NCBI GenBank assembly: GCA_963724765.1
Contig: CAVRVY010000004.1
Location: 512,001-576,000 of the forward strand
From: an uncultured delta proteobacterium
GTDB taxonomy: Bacteria; Desulfobacterota; Binatia; Binatales; Binataceae
Length of the DNA: 64,000 bases
Direction of reading: 5' to 3'
Position 1 is the stretch's first letter; every line of letters begins with the position of its first letter. The translations under genes and the position numbers were made by a program. Below the pieces are notes generated by a model that saw only the letters and a program-made list of their open reading frames with translations, ran no database searches and was not told where the DNA came from. Below are positions 52,495 through 62,627 of the stretch, piece after piece.

Positions 52495-53586
52495 CTATTT
52501 GAAATACGGAATTACGTGCTTACCCCAAAGCTTTATCGAGTCCATGATTTTCTGGTGCGGAATGTCGTAGATCTGCATGAAGCACAGCAGTTGCTGGCAG
52601 CCCGCCTCCTGGTAGCGCTTGACCTTCCTGATGCAGGTTTCGGGGTCGCCGCAGATGATCATGTCGTTCTGATCCATGAAGTCGAAATTGATGGTGGCCG
52701 GATCGACGTTCATCATCTGTTTGAGGTAGTCGTAAGTGCCCATGTCGGTCTTGCCCGACTGCCAGATGCCGACCGAGGCGACCGCCTCGAAAGCCTTGCG
52801 CGCGTACCATTCCATCGCCGCCTTGGCGGTTTCGCGCGCCTCCTTGTTGGTCTCCGCGCAATGCACCATCGTAAAGGTCGCGGCGCGATCGTTGATGAAC
52901 TTGCCAACCGGCCTCGCCTGCGCGATTCCGGCGCGGTAAATCCCGATTCGCCGCTTGAGTTCCTCGGGATCGACCAGCAGCGTGAACGACAGCAGGCCAA
53001 TTCCCTTGCGCCCCGCGATGTCGTGCGTCTCGGGACCGGTGGAGGCGCACCACAGCGGCGGATGCGGCTTCTGGAGCGGCTTAGGGATGATCTCGCGCGG
53101 CGGAATCTTGAAATATTTCCCCTCCCATGAGAACACCTCGTTGGTCCACGCGCCGACCACGATGTCGAGCGCCTCGTCCCATAGCGCGCGCGTCTGGCTG
53201 GGGTCGATGCCGAAGCCTTCGAGTTCGTCCTTGGTCACCGAGCGGCCGGTGCCGAACTCCATCCGTCCATCGCACAACAGGTCGAGCGTCGCGCCCATCT
53301 CGGCCACTCGGATCGGATGGTTATATGGGAACGGCAGCAGGCGCACGCCGTGGCCGATCCGGATCTTGCTCGTGCGCTGCGAGAGCGCGCCGTAAAGCAC
53401 CTCGGGCGCCGAGCTATAGGCGAACTCGGAGAGGAAGTGATGCTCGACCGACCAGAAATTGGTGAAGCCGACGCGCTCGGCCTCGACCACCTGGGATATC
53501 ACCTGCTGAAAGACGTCGTACTCGGCTCGCGGCCCGTAGGGTTTCTTGAGTTCGATCTCGTAGAAGATGCCGAAATCCATCGCCAT
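52495..53586 (-). CDS. LLM-class flavin-dependent oxidoreductase
   Basis: WSVEHHF, HPIRVAE, GRMEFGTGR, PKPLQKPHPP. Confidence 0.92.
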   Translation of the reverse strand: MAMDFGIFYEIELKKPYGPRAEYDVFQQVISQVVEAERVGFTNFWSVEHHFLSEFAYSSAPEVLYGALSQRTSKIRIGHGVRLLPFPYNHPIRVAEMGATLDLLCDGRMEFGTGRSVTKDELEGFGIDPSQTRALWDEALDIVVGAWTNEVFSWEGKYFKIPPREIIPKPLQKPHPPLWCASTGPETHDIAGRKGIGLLSFTLLVDPEELKRRIGIYRAGIAQARPVGKFINDRAATFTMVHCAETNKEARETAKAAMEWYARKAFEAVASVGIWQSGKTDMGTYDYLKQMMNVDPATINFDFMDQNDMIICGDPETCIRKVKRYQEAGCQQLLCFMQIYDIPHQKIMDSIKLWGKHVIPYFK

Positions 53587-53618
53587 GATGTCCGTTCCTT
53601 TCGCTGCGCAGCCCTGGG

Positions 53619-54419
53619 CTAGCGCGCGAGTATCTTTAGAAATTCGTCGAGCGTGGCGTTGAACGCGGTGGGCTGCTCGAGCTGATAGAAGTGGCCGATG
53701 TCCCTAAACACGTTCAGCTTGGCGCCCGGGATGTTGTCGGCGAGAAACTTGTTCGCTGCCACCGGCGTCGCCTTGTCCTCCTCGCCCGCCAGGACCAGGG
53801 TCGGCCGCTTGATGTCCTTGAGCCGATGCTTGATGTTCCAGTTGAAGACGCCGTTGGGATCCTTGATCGCCGAGTCGAAGACGTGGCGCGGCCAGTTCGA
53901 CTCGAGCATGAAGTTGGCGCGCGCCAGGTCGAGAATTTCGGGCCGCTCGCGCTTCGTGCGCGCCGACACCGTGCCCTCCAGGAGCTGGTTGAAGGTTCCG
54001 TCGCGATCGCGAACCATCGACTCCATCACCTCTTTGGGTAGGCCCTCCGACAGCGCCGTGCCGCTGCTCTGGATCACCAGGCCCAGCACGCGTTCGGGGC
54101 GGGCAAGGCACAATTGCATCGCGATCATCCCGCCGATCGAGTTTCCAACGATAACCGCCTTGTCGATTTTCGCGGCGTCCATTACCGCGGCCACGTCGCT
54201 CGCATGCTCCTGAATCGAATAGCCGGTTGCAGGCTTGTCGGAGCGGCCATGGCCGCGATGGTCGATTATCACGCACCTGTTGGTGCGAGCGAAATGGAAG
54301 AGCTGGAAGTACCAGATATAGCCGTTGGTCGACCACGGATGGAGAAATACGATCGGCACGCCATCGTCTCCCCAACTCTCGTAGTAGACCTTGACGCCCT
54401 TGTTGTCGGCGTATGCCAT
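53619..54419 (-). CDS. Alpha/beta hydrolase
   Basis: FLHP, DHRGHGRS, GNSIGG nucleophile elbow, GEED, GH. Confidence 0.9.
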   Translation of the reverse strand: MAYADNKGVKVYYESWGDDGVPIVFLHPWSTNGYIWYFQLFHFARTNRCVIIDHRGHGRSDKPATGYSIQEHASDVAAVMDAAKIDKAVIVGNSIGGMIAMQLCLARPERVLGLVIQSSGTALSEGLPKEVMESMVRDRDGTFNQLLEGTVSARTKRERPEILDLARANFMLESNWPRHVFDSAIKDPNGVFNWNIKHRLKDIKRPTLVLAGEEDKATPVAANKFLADNIPGAKLNVFRDIGHFYQLEQPTAFNATLDEFLKILAR

Positions 54420-54586
54420 CGCAATCTCCTCTGGCCGGCGTTGTCGCGCGCCCACCCGGTCTCGCCTTCGCTAACACGAAAGTCCAAGGCAGGCAAATGA
54501 CGCCGGGAGCGCGGTTCTTGGCCTGGCGCGGCTGCGGAATCCGGCGTTGAACGATGGACGCAGCGAGCGGTGCGGGCGGTTCTGGT

Positions 54587-54609
54587 CCCTCTCCTTGTCC
54601 AAGGAGAGG
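54587..54609. repeat. Single REP-like palindrome
   Basis: CCCTCTCCTT-GTCC-AAGGAGAGG; resembles the reverse complement of the dnaE2 element at 677-700. Confidence 0.65.
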
Positions 54610-54657
54610 TTATAAATGGATCCGGCAAAGCCGAGCCGTTTTGAAAGTCAGATCAGG

Positions 54658-56313
54658 CTATTCGAACAGAAATCCCTCGTAGCCCTTGGCCGCCACTTCA
54701 TCAACCTTCTTCCGATAGGCCAGAGCGCCGCCAAAGTACATCAGGACCGTGCGTTTCTTACCGGGGATATTGGCGCCGAAAAACCAGGAGTCGACCTCGG
54801 ATAAGAGTGTGCCAACGGCCAGTTCGTTGACGTGGTCCGTCCACGCTTGTTCCGCCTGCGGACTAGCCGCGATGCGCGTAAAGCCCTTCTCGCGCAAATA
54901 GCGGATGCAATCGGTTACCCACTCGACATTCTGCTCGATACATCTGGGCATGTTGCAGAATGTGGCGCCATTATGGGGTCCGACCAGGGTAAAAAGATTC
55001 GGGAAGCCAGCGCTCTGAATGCCAAGGTACGTACGCGGCCCATCGGCCCATTTGTCCTTGAGCGAAAGCCCGCCTTCGCCGCGGATATCGATCCTGGTCA
55101 GCGGCCCGGTCACGGCGTCAAAACCGGTCGCATAGATGATAACGTCGAGTTCGTACTCCGCGTCACTGGTCTTGACGCCCTTGGGCGTGATGCGCTCGAT
55201 TGGCGACTCGCGGAGATCGACCAACAAGACATTATCCCGGTTGAACTGCTCGTAGTAGCCGCTCTCCAAAGGCACGCGCTTGGTCCCGAACGGATGGTTT
55301 TTGGGAACCAGCTTTTCCGCGACGATCGGATCCTTGACCCGTTCGCGAATCTTGTTGCGAACGAACTCCGCGAACAATTCGTTCGCCTCCTTGTTGCTCA
55401 TAACGTCGCGGAAATTGCCGAGCCATTTTGAAAAGCCCGGTTGCGCCCACAGTTCCTCGAACCGTGCCTGCCGCTCCTCGGGAGTCACATCGAAGACCGA
55501 CCGCGGATCGAAGTCGTGGATAAAGCCGGCGAAGGTTTCGCGCGTTCTTTTGAAAATTTCGGGATAGCTGGCTTTGATTTTGGCCCGAGTCTCGGCATCG
55601 ACCGGCCCGTTGCGCAGCGGCGCACAATAATTCGCCGTGCGTTGGAAGACCGTCAGATGGCCCACCTCCTTGGCGATTTCCGTGATGAGTTGGACCGCCG
55701 TGGCGCCCGTCCCGATCACGCCGACGCGTTTGCCGGTGAAGTCGATGCGTTCCTTGGGCCATCGCGAGGTATGAAATGACTCGTCCTTGAAGCTCTCGAT
55801 CCCGGTAAAGGCAGGAATGTTCTGGGCGGAAAGGATTCCGACCGCCGTGATGAGCAGCCGTGCCCGTGCGCGGGCGCCGTCGTCAAGCCGGATTTCCCAG
55901 TAATTTTCCTTTTCATCGTAGATCGCTGCCGCGACAGTGGCATTGAATCGGATGTCGCGGCGCAGGTCGAATTTATCCGCCACGTAGTTGAGGTAGCGCT
56001 CGTTCTCAGGCTGGCCGGAGAAGTGCTCCTTCCAATCCCACTCCTTCAGGAGTTCTTCCGAAAATGAGTAGCCATAGCTGTAACTTTCGGAATCGAAACG
56101 CGCGCCCGGATAGCGGTTCCAGTACCATGTCCCGCCAACTCCGCTGCCAGCCTCGTAAACCCGTACCGCGAGCCCGAGTTCCCGCAGACGAATCAGTTGA
56201 TAGAGTCCGGAAATCCCGGCTCCGATGATGATGGCGTCAAACTGTTCGACTGGCCCCGCATTCGATACCGGCGTGGGCCTGCGAATGTCGAGTTGTTGTT
56301 CGCAGGGTGGCAT
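54658..56313 (-). CDS. Type I Baeyer-Villiger monooxygenase
   Basis: GAGISG, GGTWYWNRYPG, FHTSRWP fingerprint, GTGATA, ATGFD. Confidence 0.93.
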   Translation of the reverse strand: MPPCEQQLDIRRPTPVSNAGPVEQFDAIIIGAGISGLYQLIRLRELGLAVRVYEAGSGVGGTWYWNRYPGARFDSESYSYGYSFSEELLKEWDWKEHFSGQPENERYLNYVADKFDLRRDIRFNATVAAAIYDEKENYWEIRLDDGARARARLLITAVGILSAQNIPAFTGIESFKDESFHTSRWPKERIDFTGKRVGVIGTGATAVQLITEIAKEVGHLTVFQRTANYCAPLRNGPVDAETRAKIKASYPEIFKRTRETFAGFIHDFDPRSVFDVTPEERQARFEELWAQPGFSKWLGNFRDVMSNKEANELFAEFVRNKIRERVKDPIVAEKLVPKNHPFGTKRVPLESGYYEQFNRDNVLLVDLRESPIERITPKGVKTSDAEYELDVIIYATGFDAVTGPLTRIDIRGEGGLSLKDKWADGPRTYLGIQSAGFPNLFTLVGPHNGATFCNMPRCIEQNVEWVTDCIRYLREKGFTRIAASPQAEQAWTDHVNELAVGTLLSEVDSWFFGANIPGKKRTVLMYFGGALAYRKKVDEVAAKGYEGFLFE

Positions 56314-56336
56314 CGCAAGTCGCGCTTTCGCGCAGC

Positions 56337-57500
56337 TTAACCTGGGTTCGACACCCGCGGCAGAACCTTGGTCGCAAACAACTCGATCGTTTTCATCAGC
56401 CGGTCGTGCGCCATCAGGCCATTGTACATCCAGGCGAAAATCCACGAGACCGGCAATCGCTTGAGCAATCCCTCGACCTGACGCGTCACGGTGTCGACCG
56501 TGCCGACCAGCGCCAGACCGTTCTCGAACAGGTCCGGCGTCTCGCCGCTCTCCGGATCCTCGAGCCCCTTGGCGAATCCGAACGGCAGAAACCATTCGCG
56601 GCCGCAGAAATATCCGCTCTCATGCCAGATCGCGTGCGCTTCCTCGTCGGTGTCGGCGATGATGACGTCGCGCAGTACGCCCATCCCTTCTCCCGGCGGA
56701 CGGCCGGAGACCTCGGCATAGACGTCGCACAACTGGCGCTCGAAGGCCGGGAAGAGCGGCGGAATCACGGCGGTCACGCCCTCCTGCGCACACCATCGGA
56801 TGCTGCGTTCCGACGACGCGAAGGGCTGGAAGATCGGCGGATGCGGCTTCTGCACGGGCTTGGGCACCACGCTCACCGCCTTGACGATGCCCTCCTCGAC
56901 GCCCCTGCCCCACTTGGCCGTGGCCTCGATCGTCCACGGCGTCTCGCCCGGCGGTACGCGCCAGTACTTGCCCTGGTAGCTCAGCATGTCCTGGGTCCAC
57001 GCGGCCTTGATGATGCGGAAGCATTCCTCGAACGCGGCGCGGTTGGCGGCGTCGATCTCGTCGTGCTGATGCGGCTGGGCGCCGTGGATGCCGTGGGTCT
57101 GCTGGGCCATAATGTCGACCCAGCGGCGCTGGTAGCCGCGCGCGAAGCCGGCGTTGGCGCGTCCGCCGGTCATGTGGTCGAGCATCGCGATATCTTCAGC
57201 CACGCGGATGGGATTGTTGGCCGGCAGCACGATGCCGAGTTGGCCAACGCATAGCCGCTTGGTCTGCATCCCGATATAGAGGTCGAGCAGCACCGGATTG
57301 TTGGAAAGCTCGAAGCCCTCGGCGTGGAAATGATGCTCGGTGAAGCTGATCGAGTCGTAGCCGAGGTCGTCGGCCAAGCGGGCCTGCGCGGAAACCTCGC
57401 GCAGCATCTGGTCGTACAGTTCGCCGCGGAGCCCAACCATCCCTTGTTCGATCTGGGCCTTGTTACCGACCGACGGAAGATAGAAGAGCGATACTTTCAT
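56337..57500 (-). CDS. LLM-class flavin-dependent oxidoreductase
   Basis: FTEHHFH, NPIRVAED, GFARGYQ, VPKPVQKPHPP; paralog of 51160-52392. Confidence 0.9.
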   Translation of the reverse strand: MKVSLFYLPSVGNKAQIEQGMVGLRGELYDQMLREVSAQARLADDLGYDSISFTEHHFHAEGFELSNNPVLLDLYIGMQTKRLCVGQLGIVLPANNPIRVAEDIAMLDHMTGGRANAGFARGYQRRWVDIMAQQTHGIHGAQPHQHDEIDAANRAAFEECFRIIKAAWTQDMLSYQGKYWRVPPGETPWTIEATAKWGRGVEEGIVKAVSVVPKPVQKPHPPIFQPFASSERSIRWCAQEGVTAVIPPLFPAFERQLCDVYAEVSGRPPGEGMGVLRDVIIADTDEEAHAIWHESGYFCGREWFLPFGFAKGLEDPESGETPDLFENGLALVGTVDTVTRQVEGLLKRLPVSWIFAWMYNGLMAHDRLMKTIELFATKVLPRVSNPG

Positions 57501-57592
57501 TCATGCCTCGATTTTTGCGAGACCTTCGCAGATTCGGCGCTACGGGCGGCGCAAAAGACGGTTCCATGCGCGCGCGCCGTTACTGCGCGCCG

Positions 57593-59077
57593 CTACTTCG
57601 TGGCGCGCGCGGCGGCGGACTGTTTGGCCGGCGCCACCAGAAGGGTGGCGGCCTCCTTCTCCACGCGCGTGCCCTTGAAAAAATCCGGATTCATCGCGCC
57701 CCAGAACTCGACCGGATTGGTAAACACGAAGTCGCGGAAATCCCGCTCCGCGATCAGCCCCTCGTCGAGCAGCTCGTGCGCCTCGGGCAACACCTCGCGC
57801 ATGTCGGGCACGTCGAAATGGCCGATGTCGGAGCCGAAGAGCGTCTTGAGCCTGGCGCCGTATGGGTTGACCCGCTCATCAAAGCCCCACACATTCATCG
57901 GATCGTCCGCTTCGCAACCGAAATGGAGATTCCTGCAGAACAAGTCGCGGATATCCTCGGCGCGCTCGATTCCGCACGCCGCGAAGTCATCGTAACGCCC
58001 GGCTCCCGGCATCGCAGGCATACCACCCTCGCCCTCCGGCTTCCATTGTTCGAGCTTGCCGGTCCACGCCGGAGCGGCGTAGCGGCGGAACAGTTCGGCC
58101 AGGCGCTGGCGATCGAGGTTGGCCGGATCGACTTCGGCGAGCGCCCGGGAGTTGCGCTTTTTCCAATGTCCGATCAGGTCTGCATACAGATTGCAGGCCC
58201 ATCCGACGCCGCCCTCCAGGAACGCGATCTTGAGCGTAGGAAAGCGCCGCGTCACGCCGCCAAGGAACAGCGCCTTGCACACCGCTTCGGCCGAGACCGC
58301 GAAATGTCCGATGTGGTTGTAAGTGAAGTTCGACACCGACACGCGCATCCCATAGCCGCGGCCGCTTGAATGGAAGGTCGGCGCGATTCCAAGTTCGACG
58401 CACTTCGCCCACACCGGGTCGTAGTCGTAAGCGCTGTCCAGGCCGAACATGTCGAGCCAGGTCGCGTAGCGCGCGAGTTCGGGCGAGCGGCGCGCGGCCG
58501 CCGGGATCGGCCGTTTGATTACGCTCGCCATCACAACCACCTTGAGCTTGAGCGTTCTCGCCACGTGCTCGAGTTCCTCTATTGCCTCGGCCGGCGTGTT
58601 CATCGGGATCACCGCGGCCGGCGTCAGCCGGTCGGCATACGGAGCGAACTGCTCGGCGGCGAACGTGTTGAACGCGCGGCAGGCCGCGCGGCGCACCTCG
58701 TCGTTGCTGATGAAGGGCACCGAAAGCCCGGTGGTCGGGTAGAGCACGGAGAAGTCCAGCCCGAGTTCGTCGAGGCGCTCGTAGAGCAGACGCGGGAGCA
58801 TCGCAGTCGCGCGGTCGAGCGTGTTGCGGGTCGGAAAGGTCCACCAGCCCTGTTGCGGACGGCGCGCGTCGCGGCGTTCGTCCACGGTTAGCTCGAGGTC
58901 GCGCACGATCCGTCCGTTGCGCGAGTCGAAGGCCTCGGCCACGCCGCGCCCGGCCACGCGCTCGAGGTACTCGCTGATAGCCGGTCCGAACTCGAGCCAG
59001 TGGCCGTCGGAATCAACCACTGGATGGCTCAGCCGTGCGCGAATCGCCGCAGGATCGGGAGCATGACCGGTGGACAT
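57593..59077 (-). CDS. Amidohydrolase_2-family metal-dependent hydrolase/decarboxylase
   Basis: DSDGH, VLYPT, YDPVW, FHS, RFPTLKIAFLEGG.GW, FGSDIGHFD. Confidence 0.88.
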   Translation of the reverse strand: MSTGHAPDPAAIRARLSHPVVDSDGHWLEFGPAISEYLERVAGRGVAEAFDSRNGRIVRDLELTVDERRDARRPQQGWWTFPTRNTLDRATAMLPRLLYERLDELGLDFSVLYPTTGLSVPFISNDEVRRAACRAFNTFAAEQFAPYADRLTPAAVIPMNTPAEAIEELEHVARTLKLKVVVMASVIKRPIPAAARRSPELARYATWLDMFGLDSAYDYDPVWAKCVELGIAPTFHSSGRGYGMRVSVSNFTYNHIGHFAVSAEAVCKALFLGGVTRRFPTLKIAFLEGGVGWACNLYADLIGHWKKRNSRALAEVDPANLDRQRLAELFRRYAAPAWTGKLEQWKPEGEGGMPAMPGAGRYDDFAACGIERAEDIRDLFCRNLHFGCEADDPMNVWGFDERVNPYGARLKTLFGSDIGHFDVPDMREVLPEAHELLDEGLIAERDFRDFVFTNPVEFWGAMNPDFFKGTRVEKEAATLLVAPAKQSAAARATK

Positions 59078-59219
59078 CGAAGTCAAAACCTCCTCGCCCG
59101 GCCCGCATCCGGCGGGTCTCAGGCGGACGACATCGTATACCGATCTGGTTTGGTAATTTTAAGGCCGGCCTGTCAAGGGCGCGGCGCACGCTTGCGTGGC
59201 CGCGCCCGCACGGCGCTGC

Positions 59220-59531
59220 TTAGCGCAGGGATAGCTTGGGGAATAGCGTCTTGAGGTCGATCGGAGGCTCGTCAGCGATTTCCTCCGCAGATTCAACCAC
59301 TTGCGCGACCCCCCTCTCTTCGTCGTTATCGACGTAAAGCCCTCTTTTCACGAAATAACGGCGTTGACGGAACGGATTATCGTCTTTCGCATCAGCAATC
59401 GGCTCGCTCGCCGGGATAGGTCCAGGTTCGGCAGTCAGGCACTGCGCAGTCGGCATGGCGTCGAGAACTTCCTTCACCATGTGTTGAGGGTTTCGCGCGA
59501 TAATTGAAGCAATCTTCTTAAACCAGGACAT
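59220..59531 (-). CDS. Hypothetical protein
   Basis: 103 aa ORF with GAGGAG RBS and an AT-rich upstream region. Confidence 0.5.
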   Translation of the reverse strand: MSWFKKIASIIARNPQHMVKEVLDAMPTAQCLTAEPGPIPASEPIADAKDDNPFRQRRYFVKRGLYVDNDEERGVAQVVESAEEIADEPPIDLKTLFPKLSLR

Positions 59532-59911
59532 CTTCCTCTCCTCAAAAGTTTGCCAGAAGGGTTGATTGAAAGGCTTGGACTGCGGTCGTGGCAACGCCGA
59601 AGTCGAAGCAGAAAAACAGCGAAAAGAGAACGTAAGTACTATTTGCTTGTTTAAACATCTAGTACAGCTTTGTAACAGATGTAATAAAGCGTTTCCATAT
59701 CTAATCCGTCAAATCCGCTATTTAATTGCAAATAGTTTCGCACTGAATAGATTAGATTTCTTATATTTGGCTTTGTTCGGCTCTATTTTCAGATCAGTGC
59801 GGCTAGCGACCCGGTTTGGGCGGTCCAAGTTCGCTTGGGCTGACTTTTGTCACGCCGCTCTTGATTAAATTCACCGCGGGCGGGATGAAGAGGCTGGAGG
59901 TATGCGAACTG

Positions 59912-60682
59912 ATGGGATCAAACCTTAGAGGCAAAGTGGCGCTGGTCACCGGCGGCGGATCGGGAATCGGCAAGGCCTCCGCGATGGCGTTTGCGCGCGA
60001 GGGCGCGAAAGTAGCTATCGCGGATTATGTGCCGGAGGGCGGCGAGCGCACCGCCAAGGAGATCGCGGCGGCCGGCGGCGAAGCGATCTTCATCCACGCC
60101 GACGTCTCGGTCTGCCGGGAGGTCGAGGCGATGGTGAACAAGGTCGTGCAGACCTGGGGTCGGCTCGACTGCGCGCACAACAACGCCGGTGTCGAGGGCC
60201 GCATGGCCAACACTGCCCAATGCACCGAAGAGAATTTCGACCGCGTGATCGCGATCAACCTCAAGGGCGTGTGGCTCTGCATGAAACACGAGATCCCGCA
60301 GATGCTCAAGCAGGGCGCCGGCGCAATCGTGAACACCGCGTCGGTGGCGGGGTTGGTCGGCTTCCGCGGGCTGGTGGCCTACAACGCGTCCAAGGGCGGC
60401 GTCATCATGATGACCAAGACGGCGGCGCTCGAGTACGCGCAACAAGGCATCCGCGTCAACGCGGTGTGCCCGGGTGTAATCCGCACGCCGATGGTCGCGC
60501 GGATGCTCGACGCGAGCACGATCGAGACCTACACGGAGAAGGATCTCGAGGCGGCCGAGCCGGTGGGTCGGATGGGCAAGCCCGAGGAGATTGCCGAAGC
60601 GGTGGTATGGCTGTGCTCGGAGGCCGCGTCATTCGTGACCGGGCTGCCGATGGCGGTCGACGGCGGCTGGATCGCGCAGTAG
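59912..60682 (+). CDS. Short-chain dehydrogenase/reductase
   Basis: TGGGSGIG, NNAG, YNASK, VDGG; GGAGG RBS. Confidence 0.92.
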   Translation: MGSNLRGKVALVTGGGSGIGKASAMAFAREGAKVAIADYVPEGGERTAKEIAAAGGEAIFIHADVSVCREVEAMVNKVVQTWGRLDCAHNNAGVEGRMANTAQCTEENFDRVIAINLKGVWLCMKHEIPQMLKQGAGAIVNTASVAGLVGFRGLVAYNASKGGVIMMTKTAALEYAQQGIRVNAVCPGVIRTPMVARMLDASTIETYTEKDLEAAEPVGRMGKPEEIAEAVVWLCSEAASFVTGLPMAVDGGWIAQ

Positions 60683-60930
60683 AGCGCGAGGCGGCTGGAC
60701 CGCGGCTCCGAACCGTGGTCCGGCCGCTGTCTCACTAACGAGCGTTCCTGTCTCGCATCGTTCGGCCATCGCGTCTCAGATCTTAACCTCGCCTACCCTA
60801 CTGCGCAGGACCCAAACGTCGCCGGGCCCGATTCGGCCGCATTGGTGCTGAGGTCCGTGCCGATGCGTTCACGGCACCCTGTTTGCTCCTTTACCGTTGC
60901 ATGAGAGCGCACTCAGTGAGGAAAGCAATC

Positions 60931-61314
60931 ATGAACGAAGCAACTCTGAACCTCGACCATAGCCAGGCAACCTCGACTTCTACTGAGAAGGAGCCGAACA
61001 CTGCCGAATACGACGTACGCGTGGCGGTGGATGCGGAGCCTCGCGCCTACAAGGCGCTCCCCGACCGTCCAGCCCGACCTAACTTTATGGATTTCTTCGC
61101 GCCGCGTCGCCGTCATCCCATCGATAAGACCGTCCCGAGATATATGGCGCTCGCCGAGCCACCAGCCGACTTATCGGAAATCGTGACTGAAACTCCGGTA
61201 ACTTCGGAAATCCTGGAAGCCTCGACAGACCAATCGACCGAACAAACCGTCTCCCCTGGCAAAGCGCTGACCGAGCCCGTCGCCGCCGAACGCACCCACC
61301 ATGGGACGGATTGA
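60931..61314 (+). CDS. Hypothetical, largely disordered protein
   Basis: GAGGA RBS then ATG; T/E/P/S-rich. Confidence 0.45.
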   Translation: MNEATLNLDHSQATSTSTEKEPNTAEYDVRVAVDAEPRAYKALPDRPARPNFMDFFAPRRRHPIDKTVPRYMALAEPPADLSEIVTETPVTSEILEASTDQSTEQTVSPGKALTEPVAAERTHHGTD

Positions 61315-61501
61315 ACCTTGGCTTGGTGACGCGAAGCCGGCGCGACCTGAATGTACCGTGGAGGTCAGCCGGATCGGGTCAAAAGACAGGTCCGAGAAAG
61401 ACGCTGATGGACTGACATAGCGTCCCAAAAGGAGTAGAATTTTTACGGCTTGGTCCGTGATAGGCGAGAGCACTTCACATCAAAGGACTGCCCCCGGGGA
61501 T

Positions 61502-61621
61502 ATGAGAAGAAAGACCGCTTTCAATGAGAGTCATCTTTGGGAAAACATCGGACTCTTCGTGTTCCTGGCGGCTGGACTAATCGGCCTATGGTATGTGATG
61601 GCTAACATCATCTCGTGGTAA
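61502..61621 (+). CDS. Small single-TM protein (39 aa)
   Basis: MRRKTAFNESHLWENIGLFVFLAAGLIGLWYVMANIISW; below the ORF-track cutoff. Confidence 0.45.
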   Translation: MRRKTAFNESHLWENIGLFVFLAAGLIGLWYVMANIISW

Positions 61622-61797
61622 CTTTGCCACTAGCCTCTAATCCATCTGGACTAACACCAGCCTTCTTCATCATACGACCTATCGTTCGCGTGCGATAAGC
61701 AGCGCCGCCAGAGCGTCGGCCTGGCGTCATCCGTCAGGATTTCACATCTTAAGCGGGCTTAGGCGGCGCTGTCAGCTCCTCCGCGCGTCAAAACCGC

Positions 61798-62121
61798 TTA
61801 GAAGCAGGAAAATCGGTTGATGCCGATATTATTGCAGGTGGTCTGACCGGAGGCGGGCGCGATGGCGCGATGCTCGGGCCTATTCATGGCCGGCGGAATC
61901 AAGCCTGGCGACCTGCTAGCGAGCGGTTCCAGTACCTGCACCTGGTCGATGTCGTCGAGCGCGCTTGCAGTATCGCCCTGCCGGGCGGCGAGCAGCGCAT
62001 TCTGGCGTAACTTCTGCGCACGCTTGAAATTCGCGGCGTCCTGATCCGCGGTCGAACAGCCGGAAAGGACGAGGAAAAAAATCAGGCCAAGGCGCAGGCG
62101 TCGCTTGAAATCGGCCCTCAT
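61798..62121 (-). CDS. Putative lipoprotein
   Basis: Basic N-region, hydrophobic stretch, LSGC lipobox; C-terminal TTC..IG....SC. Confidence 0.65.
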   Translation of the reverse strand: MRADFKRRLRLGLIFFLVLSGCSTADQDAANFKRAQKLRQNALLAARQGDTASALDDIDQVQVLEPLASRSPGLIPPAMNRPEHRAIAPASGQTTCNNIGINRFSCF

Positions 62122-62627
62122 GTCCCGCTAACCCACCATCGCTATGCTAGCATCCCCATTTTCGCGGAGTCCAATTTTTCACGGATGTTTCCGCCTTACA
62201 AGCCCGTAAGATGCGGTTTAAAAAGCGAAAAAGAAGGAGCACTCGTCGCGCGAGAATCAATTTGGATCCCGGCTGAGGGCGAGTTCATTTGCGTTCAAAT
62301 CTCACTATGTGAACGGCCTGTTTACTGTTCCTCTCAGCGTCATTTCCATCCGAGAGTTCAGAGTAATATGTCTAGCAATGTTAATACCAAACAGGCACGC
62401 GATTTTTTAGGGCTTGGCTTCAAAAGTTCCGCTAAGTTTTGCGCCGGTGCTATCACGCGGCAGTTGAATCGCGATGACGCTGGACACAACTGACGGCAGG
62501 CATTACAACTTGTCCGGGAGGAAATCTTTGCGCGACTAGTATCTAGGCTTTACTAGTACGAGCGAGCGTCAGGGATCCTCGCCATTATCTGAACCGATCA
62601 ACGTGCGCAGATGTTCCCCGGAGAAAC

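Noticed and set aside
54658-56595. 645-aa BVMO with a long N-terminal extension
   Set aside because: The extension overlaps the upstream LLM gene in another frame; BVMO motifs begin after about 56313.
62185-62493. 102-aa ORF in the AT-rich spacer
   Set aside because: Atypical composition, no RBS or motifs; more likely promoter DNA between divergent small genes.
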